Positions 17,976-26,470 of a stretch of DNA of 64,000 bases are shown one piece after another (position 1 is the stretch's first letter; each line of letters opens with the position of its first letter). Below the pieces are notes generated by a model, which made no database searches, was not told the DNA's origin, and worked only from the letters and a program-made list of their open reading frames with translations. Source of the stretch: Vicinamibacteria bacterium (GTDB lineage Bacteria > Acidobacteriota > Vicinamibacteria > Vicinamibacterales > JAENWD01); assembly GCA_963832135.1 (NCBI GenBank), contig CAWHTD010000012.1, positions 76,902 through 140,901 on the forward strand, written 5' to 3'. The position numbers were made by a program, and so were the translations under genes.

Positions 17976-18674
17976 ATGACACGCGCCACAATCGCTGCCG
18001 CTGTTTTCATCCTCCTACACACCACCTCTGCGAGGGCGGGTCAGTACGGGTGCGGATCACAAGCGTCAATACCGCCTGCGGGCACCGACACGCCTTCGGT
18101 GCCTTCGATGGCTCCGCCCTCGCGTGTGGCCAGTGCCTACTCGTTCGGCTGGGGCGGAATTCATGGAAAGGGCGACTCGATTCCCGGGACCCTCGCAGTA
18201 AAGACCGAGAAGCCGTTTCTACTGTCCGGGCAGATCGAGCTTGCGCTTGCGAACAGGGTGGATGCAGTCCTGGGAGGCGGAATCCTTCGAGGCACACCCT
18301 TCACCACCAGTATCGGCGGCGGCAGCGGTCAAGGCGTAAGGTGGACCGCCCCCTTCGTTCTGGCGGGAGTGAGGTATGCCCTTACCGAAGGAAACATAGT
18401 GGATATCGGCCTTACTCCGCTGCTTGGAGCCGCCGCGAGAACCGTCCTGACTCTTGAGCGGGGCCCCGGCTTTGAGCCAGTGCGGTTGACCCCTTCCGGA
18501 GGACTGGGTACCGGATTCGAAACAGATCTCAGGTTCCCGGGCGGCCGTTGCCAGGGGGTGATAAGTGCTCAACTCAGCGTCCGTTATATGGCATGGCGCT
18601 GGCCGCTTGGGAACGGATCGAGGCTCGACGTCAGGCCTCTCACGATCGCGGTGGGCATCGTAATCCGGCACTGA
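17976..18674 (+). CDS. Secreted Gly-rich hypothetical protein (possible small beta-barrel / outer-membrane protein)
   Basis: It has a signal peptide (MTRATIAAAVFILLHTTSARA). Alternating hydrophobic/Gly-rich strands run through to the C-terminus. Confidence 0.5.
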   Translation: MTRATIAAAVFILLHTTSARAGQYGCGSQASIPPAGTDTPSVPSMAPPSRVASAYSFGWGGIHGKGDSIPGTLAVKTEKPFLLSGQIELALANRVDAVLGGGILRGTPFTTSIGGGSGQGVRWTAPFVLAGVRYALTEGNIVDIGLTPLLGAAARTVLTLERGPGFEPVRLTPSGGLGTGFETDLRFPGGRCQGVISAQLSVRYMAWRWPLGNGSRLDVRPLTIAVGIVIRH

Positions 18675-18879
18675 GCGACGACTCTTCGATCAGACCGACC
18701 GGTACATGACGCCGAGATGAAGCGAGATGACGAGATCGTCACTCAGGTCGTGAGCGAGAGTCGGGCGCTGTCGATGATGCACTCTGCGTCGCGGAAAGGC
18801 GGCACGAGTAGGCCGAGGCGGTTGCGGCCGGGCGAGTAGTACACTTAGCGCGGTTCAGTCGAATCGAAGGGACTGACTG

Positions 18880-20040
18880 ATGGGACTCATTTCACGTTAC
18901 GAATTTCTACAACGCACCGCGATGGCCGGCGCGGCCTGCCTGCTCTCATCAGTCGAAGGCTTTGCCACTGCGCAACAGAGGAAAATACGTGTTGGTGTGA
19001 TTGGGTGTGGAAGTGTATCCACGCAATATTTTCCTCACCTTTCAAAATCGCCCTATGTAGAGTTCGTCAGCACGTGCGACATCATTTACGAGCGAGCGCA
19101 GAAGCGAGGCGCCGAATACAACGTCCCGAACACCTTTCCTCATATCGACAAGATGCTGGCGGGGCCCGAGTTCGATCTGATGATCACGCTGACCGACATG
19201 CAGGAGCACGGCCGGCTCAACAAACAGGCCCTGAACGCGGGAAGGCATGTCTGGAGCGAAAAACCGCTGGCGAACACTTACAAGGAAGGCAAGGAACTGC
19301 TGGACCTGGCAAAGAGCAAAAAGCTACGCATCTGGGGCGCGCCCGCCGTCGTCAACAGTCCCCAGTTTGCGTTCATGTCGAAGACGATTCGCGAAGGCAA
19401 GCTTGGCAGGATTTCCAGCGCGCATGCCCAGTATGGGCATACGGGCCCGACGTGGTCGGCATTCTTCTATGAAAAGGGCGGCGGCAGCCTTCCCGATCTT
19501 GGCGTCTACAACCTGGCGACCTTGACCGGCCTGCTGGGTCCGGCCAAAGCCGTCATGGCCATGACCAGCATCGTCACGCCCGAACGCACGGTCGATAACA
19601 AGGGACGTATCAAGGTGGAAGCGGAAGACAACGCCATGGTGCTGATGGACCACGGCGAGGGCGTGATGTCGCACGTGCAGAGCGGCTTCAACTACTTCGA
19701 CCCGTATGGCCACCAGGGCAAGGGGCAGGACCAGCACACCATCACCATCTGGGGAACGCAGGGGAACATGGGATTGGTCGGCTACGACTGGGCGCCGTTC
19801 GGCGTCGATCTCGCCACGCACGATCACGAAGAGCCGCAGCGCTTCGTGCCCGACCCTGGCCCTTACGTGTGGCAGCAGGGCGCAAGTGTGATCGCCGAAT
19901 CGCTCGCCACGGAATCCGAGCCGCTCATCGCCGCGGAACACGCGCTGCATGTGTTGGAGATCATCGAAGCCGCGAGAGCATCTGGCAAGAGCGGACGGAA
20001 GGTCCCGTTGGTATCAACGTTCAAGTGGCCGGTGGTGTGA
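18880..20040 (+). CDS. Gfo/Idh/MocA-family NAD(P)-dependent oxidoreductase with a Tat-like signal
   Basis: The N-terminus is SRYEFLQRTAMAGAACLL, followed by a Rossmann motif (IRVGVIGCGSVS) and an EKPLA motif. Confidence 0.85.
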   Translation: MGLISRYEFLQRTAMAGAACLLSSVEGFATAQQRKIRVGVIGCGSVSTQYFPHLSKSPYVEFVSTCDIIYERAQKRGAEYNVPNTFPHIDKMLAGPEFDLMITLTDMQEHGRLNKQALNAGRHVWSEKPLANTYKEGKELLDLAKSKKLRIWGAPAVVNSPQFAFMSKTIREGKLGRISSAHAQYGHTGPTWSAFFYEKGGGSLPDLGVYNLATLTGLLGPAKAVMAMTSIVTPERTVDNKGRIKVEAEDNAMVLMDHGEGVMSHVQSGFNYFDPYGHQGKGQDQHTITIWGTQGNMGLVGYDWAPFGVDLATHDHEEPQRFVPDPGPYVWQQGASVIAESLATESEPLIAAEHALHVLEIIEAARASGKSGRKVPLVSTFKWPVV

Positions 20041-20050
20041 CACACAGCGA

Positions 20051-20076
20051 GATAGAGGTGCCAGATAGAGGTGCCA
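20051..20076 (+). repeat. Perfect tandem duplication of a 13-mer (GATAGAGGTGCCA x2)
   Basis: Read directly at 20051-20063 and 20064-20076. The second copy runs into the left arm of the adjacent hairpin. Confidence 0.9.
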
Positions 20077-20118
20077 GGCTTTGTTAAATGTTGCTCTCGA
20101 TTAACAAAGCCTGGCACC
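20070..20118 (+). terminator. Perfect 18-bp inverted repeat (hairpin) 30 nt downstream of the oxidoreductase stop
   Basis: GGTGCCAGGCTTTGTTAA (20070-20087), a 13-nt loop, then TTAACAAAGCCTGGCACC (20101-20118). No clear U-tract follows, so a terminator role is uncertain. Confidence 0.4.
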
Positions 20119-20360
20119 TTGATCGTTGATCGGCCCTCTACTGAAACGATTAAGCTCATCCGAGTGGTTTGACAACCTTCCGGGCCCCGCCTAAAATTTT
20201 TGACACCGTGGCGCCCTGAGAGCCGCGCTCGATCACTTCCCCCACGCCGGAGGGTGCCCGCCGGCGTGCCAATCGGAGCTCTTCGGCCCACGCTTCTTTC
20301 GTGATGCTTCTCTGTACGCAGGAACCGTAGAAAGCACGCACTTCTGGAAGGGTGGGACCC

Positions 20361-23300
20361 ATGCTTGCGAACTCTCGCGCGCGCATCTTGTGCGCTCCAT
20401 GCGCGCTGCTCTGCTGGATCTTTGCCGCGATGCCGGCCAGCGCTCAATATCGCGCCAGCCTTCAGGGCACCGTCACTGATCCGCAAGGCGCAGTCGTTCC
20501 CGGGGCTACGGTCACGCTGACGGACAAGGAAACGAACCGGACACTGGAGACCGTGTCGAATGACACAGGCGTTTATGTCTTCAATGCCCTGGCGGCGAGA
20601 GCGTACACGCTGACCGTCGAGCTGGCAGGCTTCAAGAAGAAGGTGCTCGACAACGTGCAGATCATTGCCGAGCAGTCGAACGCGTTGAATGTGGCGCTCG
20701 AGCTCGGGCAAGCCAACGAGACCGTTACCGTCACCAGCACGGCGGCGCTGATCGATACGGCGACGGGCAACATCAGCGGCACCATCACCGCCGCGCATCT
20801 TCAGACTCTGCCGTCGCTCGGACGGGATCCCCTGCAGCTGCTGCAGCTCGCGCCCGGCGCGTTCGGCGATGGCTCGCGGGCGGCCGGGGGCGGCACGCAG
20901 AACCTGCCGGCGACGACGATTGGCGGCAGCGGCAGCGGCATCTTCGCGACGGAGAACGGCGGACAGATCGTCGCCAACGGCGCCCGCACCGGCGAGAACA
21001 ACTACCAGATCGACGGCGTCGGCGTGACCAGCGTGTCCTGGGGCGGAACGACGGTGATCACGCCGAACGAGGATTCGATCAAGGAGATCAAGGTCGTCAC
21101 GAACAACTACGACGCCGAGAACGGCCGGTATCGCGGCGCGCAGGTCCAGATGATCTCGCAGAACGGCACCAACCAGTTGCACGGCAGCGCGTTTTTCAAG
21201 TGGGACAGGCCGGGCCTGAACGCCTTTCAGAAGTACAACGGCTACAGCAAGGCCGTGCAAAAGAACACTCAGGAGCAAAACGATATCGGAGGCACCGTCG
21301 GCGGCCCGATTCTCAAGGACAAACTCTTCGGATTCTTCTCGTACGAAACCCTCCGCCGCCCAGAGTCGCCCAATCCGGTGCAGGGCTGGTACCAGACGCC
21401 GCAATACATGGGCACGGCGGCACCGGCCGGGAGCGCCGCTGAGAAGTTTCTGACGTTCCCAGGCTCATCACCGAGCAGCGGCACCGTGCTCATGGGAGCG
21501 GGCGACGGCCACACGTGCGGTGACATCGGTCTCGTTCAGGGCGTCAACTGCAACTTCATCCCCGGGCAGGGTCTCGACCTCGGACGGCCGCTCACGCTCC
21601 CGGTCGGCACCCGCGATCCGTCGTTCGCCGGGCAGTTCGCGCCAGGCCTCGGCGGCGACGGCAGCGGCAGCCCCGCTAATCTCGACGGCGTCCCGGACCT
21701 GCTCTGGCTCGTCGCCGGCAATCCGCAGAAGAGCACAGCGACTCAGTACAACGTGCGCGTCGACTTCAACGCCACGGCGAAGGACCTGCTCGCGTTCAGC
21801 ATGTATCGCGTCCCGCAGAGCAGCGATTCGTTCAACGGCTCGACGCGCGAGATGAACGCATTTCACCACACGCAGGTCAACGAGGCCGAGACGATTCTGT
21901 GGAACCGCGTCTTCTCAGGTTCTCTCCTGAACGAGGCGCGGGCAAATGCGGCCGGCTGGCGGTGGCGGGATCTGGACAACAACCCCGACGGCCCGTGGGG
22001 ACTGCCGACTGTCTACGTTCAGGACGTGAGCGGAGCCAGCACGATCGGCACCATCCAGCCGAACAACCATCTTGACTTCGGCATCGGCGCGCCGGGAACC
22101 TTCGATCAGTGGACGTTCGCGTTCAAGAACACGCTCACGAAGGTATTGAAAAGCCATACGTTGAAAATGGGCGGCGAAGTGACACGCATGACGTTCGTGG
22201 ACAATGCGCCCTGGTCGGCGCGGCCCTCGTACTACTTCAACAACATGTGGGACTTCCTGAACGATGCGCCCTCAGCCGAGAACGCGTCCTTCGATCCGTT
22301 GACCGGCATGCCGACCGACTTCAGGAAGGACACGCGTCAGACAGTGGCCGGCATCTTCATCCAGGACGATTTCCGTGTCAGGTCGAATCTGACGCTCACG
22401 CTGGGCCTGCGCTGGTCGTACTTCGGATCGATTTCCGAGAACAGCGACGATCTGAGCTCCGTCGTGCTCGGATCGGGCAATGCCGCGCTGACCGGATTGT
22501 CGCTGCGGCTCGGCGGCAAGCTGTACGACGTGAGCAAGACGGACTTCGGACCTCAAGTCGGCTTCGCGTGGAGCCCGTCGCGGTTCAACGAGCGGCTCGT
22601 GATTCGTGGTGGCGCGGGTATCGCGTACAACGGCCTCGATCAAGCCATCTCGTTGAACGGACGCGGCAACGCGCCGTTCCTGTCGACGGCCGGCAATTTG
22701 ACGGGAAGTCAGATCCTCTACGGCGTGAACAGCTTCCCGGCGGACGTCAATTCGTTCTCGGGATACGCCTCGAATCCGGCGACGATCGCCAGCTTCGATC
22801 CGAATACGAATCTGCCGATTCCAGGAGGGGCGAACTTCGCGCAGATTTCGCTGAAGGGGTACCCGGCAGAGTGGCCCACGACCCGCGCCGTGCAGTACTC
22901 CGCCGAAGCCGAATACGATCTCGGCAATCAGTGGGTGGCGTCGCTCGGCTACCAGGGCAGCACGACGCGCCACTTGACTATCCGGCGGAACCTGAATCTC
23001 GTGCTCGCCGCCCAGGGCGTGCCGCTCAACCCGGTGGTCAATGATCTGGAGTTCTACTCGAACGACGGCAATGCGAGCTTCAACGCGCTCCTCGCCGGCA
23101 TCCGCCACCGCTTCAGCAACTCGTTCGAGCTGACCGGCCAGTATCGGCTCAGCCGAAGCCAGGACGATGGGTCGAACAACTTCTGGAACGACGCGTACGT
23201 TTACGACCCTGATGAGTCGTGGGGCCCTTCGGATTACGACGCCACGCACATGTTCAAGCTCTTTGGCGTCTGGTCGCCGACCATCTTCAAGGACCGGGGA

Positions 23301-23873
23301 TGGCTCGAGAAGACGCTCGGCGGCTGGACGATCAGCGGGATCTTCAACGCGCATTCGGGATTCCCCTGGACGCCGGTGTATGCAGGCCTCGGCTGCGGGG
23401 TCATCTATGCCGGGAGCCAAGGCAACTGCGATCTGCGCCCGGGCGCGTACCTTGGCGGCGCGCTCGAGGAGTTCAGCGACGATGCGTTCAAGAGGCCAGG
23501 CGGCAATTTCCCGGGAGGAGGCTCCGCGTTCTTCACGCCGCCTTCGCGCGTGGAGGGACCACCGTTCGCCGACGTCGCCTCTGGCGCGGCGGCGCCGGGA
23601 CCGGTCCCGGGACGGCCCGGCATCGAGCGCAATTCGTTCCGCGGCCCGAGGTATTTCAACATCGACGCCACGCTGAGCAAGGGGTTCGGCCTGCCCACGG
23701 CACCCGTGCTCGGCGAGGCGGCGAAGGTGGAGTTCCGGGCCAACTTCTTCAACCTGTTCAACCAGGTGAACCTGTTCAACGTGCAGAACAACGTTCTCGA
23801 TTCGCACTTCGGCGAGGCGCAGGAAGGACTGGCCGGACGGACAATCGAAATGCAGCTCAGGTTCAGCTTCTAG
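20361..23873 (+). CDS. TonB-dependent outer-membrane receptor with an N-terminal carboxypeptidase-regulatory-like domain
   Basis: The signal peptide ends in ASAQ. Then comes SLQGTVTDPQGAVVPGATVTLTDKETN (the CarboxypepD_reg pattern common in Acidobacteria). It has a long beta-barrel with a terminal aromatic residue (...EMQLRFSF*). The ATG at 20361 is preferred. Confidence 0.85.
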   Translation: MLANSRARILCAPCALLCWIFAAMPASAQYRASLQGTVTDPQGAVVPGATVTLTDKETNRTLETVSNDTGVYVFNALAARAYTLTVELAGFKKKVLDNVQIIAEQSNALNVALELGQANETVTVTSTAALIDTATGNISGTITAAHLQTLPSLGRDPLQLLQLAPGAFGDGSRAAGGGTQNLPATTIGGSGSGIFATENGGQIVANGARTGENNYQIDGVGVTSVSWGGTTVITPNEDSIKEIKVVTNNYDAENGRYRGAQVQMISQNGTNQLHGSAFFKWDRPGLNAFQKYNGYSKAVQKNTQEQNDIGGTVGGPILKDKLFGFFSYETLRRPESPNPVQGWYQTPQYMGTAAPAGSAAEKFLTFPGSSPSSGTVLMGAGDGHTCGDIGLVQGVNCNFIPGQGLDLGRPLTLPVGTRDPSFAGQFAPGLGGDGSGSPANLDGVPDLLWLVAGNPQKSTATQYNVRVDFNATAKDLLAFSMYRVPQSSDSFNGSTREMNAFHHTQVNEAETILWNRVFSGSLLNEARANAAGWRWRDLDNNPDGPWGLPTVYVQDVSGASTIGTIQPNNHLDFGIGAPGTFDQWTFAFKNTLTKVLKSHTLKMGGEVTRMTFVDNAPWSARPSYYFNNMWDFLNDAPSAENASFDPLTGMPTDFRKDTRQTVAGIFIQDDFRVRSNLTLTLGLRWSYFGSISENSDDLSSVVLGSGNAALTGLSLRLGGKLYDVSKTDFGPQVGFAWSPSRFNERLVIRGGAGIAYNGLDQAISLNGRGNAPFLSTAGNLTGSQILYGVNSFPADVNSFSGYASNPATIASFDPNTNLPIPGGANFAQISLKGYPAEWPTTRAVQYSAEAEYDLGNQWVASLGYQGSTTRHLTIRRNLNLVLAAQGVPLNPVVNDLEFYSNDGNASFNALLAGIRHRFSNSFELTGQYRLSRSQDDGSNNFWNDAYVYDPDESWGPSDYDATHMFKLFGVWSPTIFKDRGWLEKTLGGWTISGIFNAHSGFPWTPVYAGLGCGVIYAGSQGNCDLRPGAYLGGALEEFSDDAFKRPGGNFPGGGSAFFTPPSRVEGPPFADVASGAAAPGPVPGRPGIERNSFRGPRYFNIDATLSKGFGLPTAPVLGEAAKVEFRANFFNLFNQVNLFNVQNNVLDSHFGEAQEGLAGRTIEMQLRFSF

Positions 23874-23907
23874 TGGGGGTCTGATCGAGTTGACCGGGTT
23901 GATCGGA

Positions 23908-25104
23908 TTAGTTGGGTTGATGATTCAGGTCCAGGCGCGGAGGCTCGCTGGTCGCCTCTGACCCGGGCGGGTGGGTACCGCCCAGTCTGGCAAAGGCGGC
24001 GCGGGCACGGGCGGCGTCTTTCGGGCGTCCTGCTCTGGCGTAGGCGCTGCTGAGTGAAAACTGAAACTGCGGCTCGGTCGGCACCATCCGAGCCGCAGTT
24101 TGAAGCTCCTGGATCGCGCGGGCGACGTCGCGGGTGTCGAGATACAGCAGCCCCAGAAGATAATGGCCGAACGGGTAATCCGGTTCGAGCTTCACGACTT
24201 CCTGCACGTACGGGATTCCCGCGGACGAATCGACCCGGTAGTACGCGGCGGCGATCTGCATGCGCGCGCGCACATGGCGGGGGTTGTTGGCGATCTCTTC
24301 CTTGAACTGATCGATCGCTGCGCTGGTGTCGTCGACCGCCAGCAGAAATCTCCCGAACGCGTAGTGGATGTTCGGGAATTCGGGGAACTCGCGCGCCAGG
24401 TTGCCGTAGGCCGTTTTCGCCGCGTCCCACTGTAAGGCCAACCGACTCCGCTCGGCCTGACCGGTACGCAACACAATCTGACGCACCCGGGCGTCTTCCG
24501 TTGACGCCTCCTTCGGGCGAATCAGCAGGACGCCCAGCCCGAGCGCCGTGTCGAGATCATCGCCCTCGACGCCGTCTTCCACCAGCACCTTCAACGAGCC
24601 GATCGCGTCCTCGTAGCGGCCCTTGCGGAGCAAGAGCATCCCTTCGTGGTACTGAAGGACGCGAACCAGCTGCTGATCGTTCTTGACCCCCAACTGCTTC
24701 GCGGCTCGGATGTTCTCCAGGGCGCTCGCGTCCCGATTGAGCTGGTACTCGCAGAGAGCGAGCATCAGGTGTGCGGTGCCGTTCTTGGGATCGTAGGAAA
24801 GCAGGCGACGAAACGCCCGCGCGGCGGAGGCATGCGAGTTCTGGTCGTACAGGATGGTGCCCAGCGACCACCAGCCTTCCTGCCAACTGGGACGCAGTGC
24901 CAGGGCCTGCCGGTATAGAGGCGCAGCCTCATCCAGGCGGCCTCCATCCCGGGCGGCATCCGCCCTGGCGGAAAGCGTCGCGAAGCTCGGAGCCGTCGCT
25001 GCACGGTTTTGGGCATGAACTCGTGCGGCCCCGATAAGCCCGACGACCAGAAGCGCTGCCGCCGCCACTCTGCGCACACGAAGACATCGTGAGCGGTGTG
25101 GCAC
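23908..25104 (-). CDS. Secreted TPR-repeat protein
   Basis: Multiple TPR units are present (YRQALALRPSWQEGWWSLGTILYDQ, AIDQFKEEIANNPRHVRARMQIAAAYY, etc.). The probable GTG start at 25104 precedes the signal-like VRRVAAAALLVVGLIGAARVHAQ. The listed start at 25272 would overlap the neighbouring gene. Confidence 0.7.
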   Translation of the reverse strand: MPHRSRCLRVRRVAAAALLVVGLIGAARVHAQNRAATAPSFATLSARADAARDGGRLDEAAPLYRQALALRPSWQEGWWSLGTILYDQNSHASAARAFRRLLSYDPKNGTAHLMLALCEYQLNRDASALENIRAAKQLGVKNDQQLVRVLQYHEGMLLLRKGRYEDAIGSLKVLVEDGVEGDDLDTALGLGVLLIRPKEASTEDARVRQIVLRTGQAERSRLALQWDAAKTAYGNLAREFPEFPNIHYAFGRFLLAVDDTSAAIDQFKEEIANNPRHVRARMQIAAAYYRVDSSAGIPYVQEVVKLEPDYPFGHYLLGLLYLDTRDVARAIQELQTAARMVPTEPQFQFSLSSAYARAGRPKDAARARAAFARLGGTHPPGSEATSEPPRLDLNHQPN

Positions 25105-25216
25105 AACCTTGCCGAAGCTGCAGCCTTTGATCACAACCAGATTTTCAAGAATACCTTCGCAGTTTGGCGAGTTCAAACAACCCAGTTGAACTCTCTCGGT
25201 CGGAGTTGACGGCAGC

Positions 25217-26470
25217 TCAACCGCGTCTGACTCCGAGCAGCGGCTCCACGACGTTCCACAACCGCCGCCCAAAGACTTCAGTCGAGAAATGCTGCTGCAC
25301 GTGGTCCCGGCCGGCGCTGCCGAACCGCTGTGCGATGTCCGCGTGTGTCACCAGCGTCGACAAGGCGTCGGCGAAGGCGTGCGGGTCCGGCGGGCAGAGC
25401 CAGCCAGTGTGGCCATGGAGCACCGTCTCTGTCGGACCGCCGTGGTTCGTGGCGACCACCGGACGACCGGCGGCCATCGCCTCGAGCGGCACCAGCCCGA
25501 AATGCTCGGCGCGCGGCGTGTAGATCACCGCGCGGCAGCCTGCCAGCAGCCGGTCACGCTCCTCGGAGGACGGCGAGAGCACAAAGGCCACTTGCTCGGT
25601 GACACCGAGCTGTCCCGCCAACGCGCGCAGCGTCTGCAGCACGAGCCTTTGCTCGGGGAGCGTCGCGTCGTACCGTCCCGCCAAAACAAGCCTCACGCGG
25701 TCGAACACTGACAGCGGGACACGAGTGCGCAGGAGCGCCAGCGCCTCGACGGCCAATTCGAGGCCTTTTCGCGGATCGAACCGGCTCACCGAGAGCAGCA
25801 CGATCTCTGTCGGGTCCGTCGGGACTGGGGTGATCAGGCGCCGATCCGAGACGAACACGCCCGGATGCACGACGGTGAGCGCCGAGTCCCGAAGCGCTGG
25901 AAACGCGTCCCGCGCCTTCGCGGCGGTAAAGGCGCTGTTGACCACGATGCGGTCGGCCGCCAGCAGTCCTTCGGCCTCGAGCCGATCGATCGGCCGGCGG
26001 TACATCCGGTAGGCCAGGGACGCACGGCTCGCTTCAGGTGTCAGCAGACGATCGGGGTAGTGGCAAAAGAACAGGACCGGCCGTCGGGTGCGGCGTTTGA
26101 CAAGCGCGACGAGGTGGGAGGCGACGTCGCACACGACCAGATCGTGCATGACCGGGCCTCGTGCCAGGGCCCTGGCAGCCGTCGCGGTGCGGCCAATGGC
26201 CAGTGGCGTCTGGAGCCGGCCGCCGATGTGTGCCGGCAGCCACGTCGGGACCTCCTCCACCACAATCGCACCGCTGGCAACCTCCGGAAATTGGGGTGCC
26301 TCGAGCGTGCCGGGGATGAAGAAGCGTACGTGGCACCCGCGCCGCTGCAGCTCGGTCGCTGCATCGAGCACCAGGCGTTCGCTTCCACCGATTCCCAGGC
26401 GTGGGCGAAGAAACGCAACCGTTGGTGACCGACCGGCAATGCCCGTTGCCGAATGCACAGGTATCGCCAT
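25217..26470 (-). CDS. GT4 glycosyltransferase, ALG2-like (alpha-1,3/1,6-mannosyltransferase-like)
   Basis: The N-terminus VAFLRPRLGIGGSERLVLDAATELQRRGCHV mirrors the ALG2 N-terminal signature. The C-terminal GT-B region includes EHFGLVPLEAMAAGRPVVA (the EX7E motif). The start may be 26470 or 26512. Confidence 0.75.
   Translation of the reverse strand: MAIPVHSATGIAGRSPTVAFLRPRLGIGGSERLVLDAATELQRRGCHVRFFIPGTLEAPQFPEVASGAIVVEEVPTWLPAHIGGRLQTPLAIGRTATAARALARGPVMHDLVVCDVASHLVALVKRRTRRPVLFFCHYPDRLLTPEASRASLAYRMYRRPIDRLEAEGLLAADRIVVNSAFTAAKARDAFPALRDSALTVVHPGVFVSDRRLITPVPTDPTEIVLLSVSRFDPRKGLELAVEALALLRTRVPLSVFDRVRLVLAGRYDATLPEQRLVLQTLRALAGQLGVTEQVAFVLSPSSEERDRLLAGCRAVIYTPRAEHFGLVPLEAMAAGRPVVATNHGGPTETVLHGHTGWLCPPDPHAFADALSTLVTHADIAQRFGSAGRDHVQQHFSTEVFGRRLWNVVEPLLGVRRG

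Noticed and set aside
22272-23807. A 511-aa minus-strand ORF inside the TonB-dependent receptor gene. Other large shadow ORFs occur at 19863..21404, 22109..23044, 38056..39648, 38487..39587 and 40476..41510.
   Set aside because: They overlap confidently assigned genes (receptor, oxidoreductases, GH43) and translate to Arg/Pro-rich sequence without motifs. They are high-GC frame artefacts.
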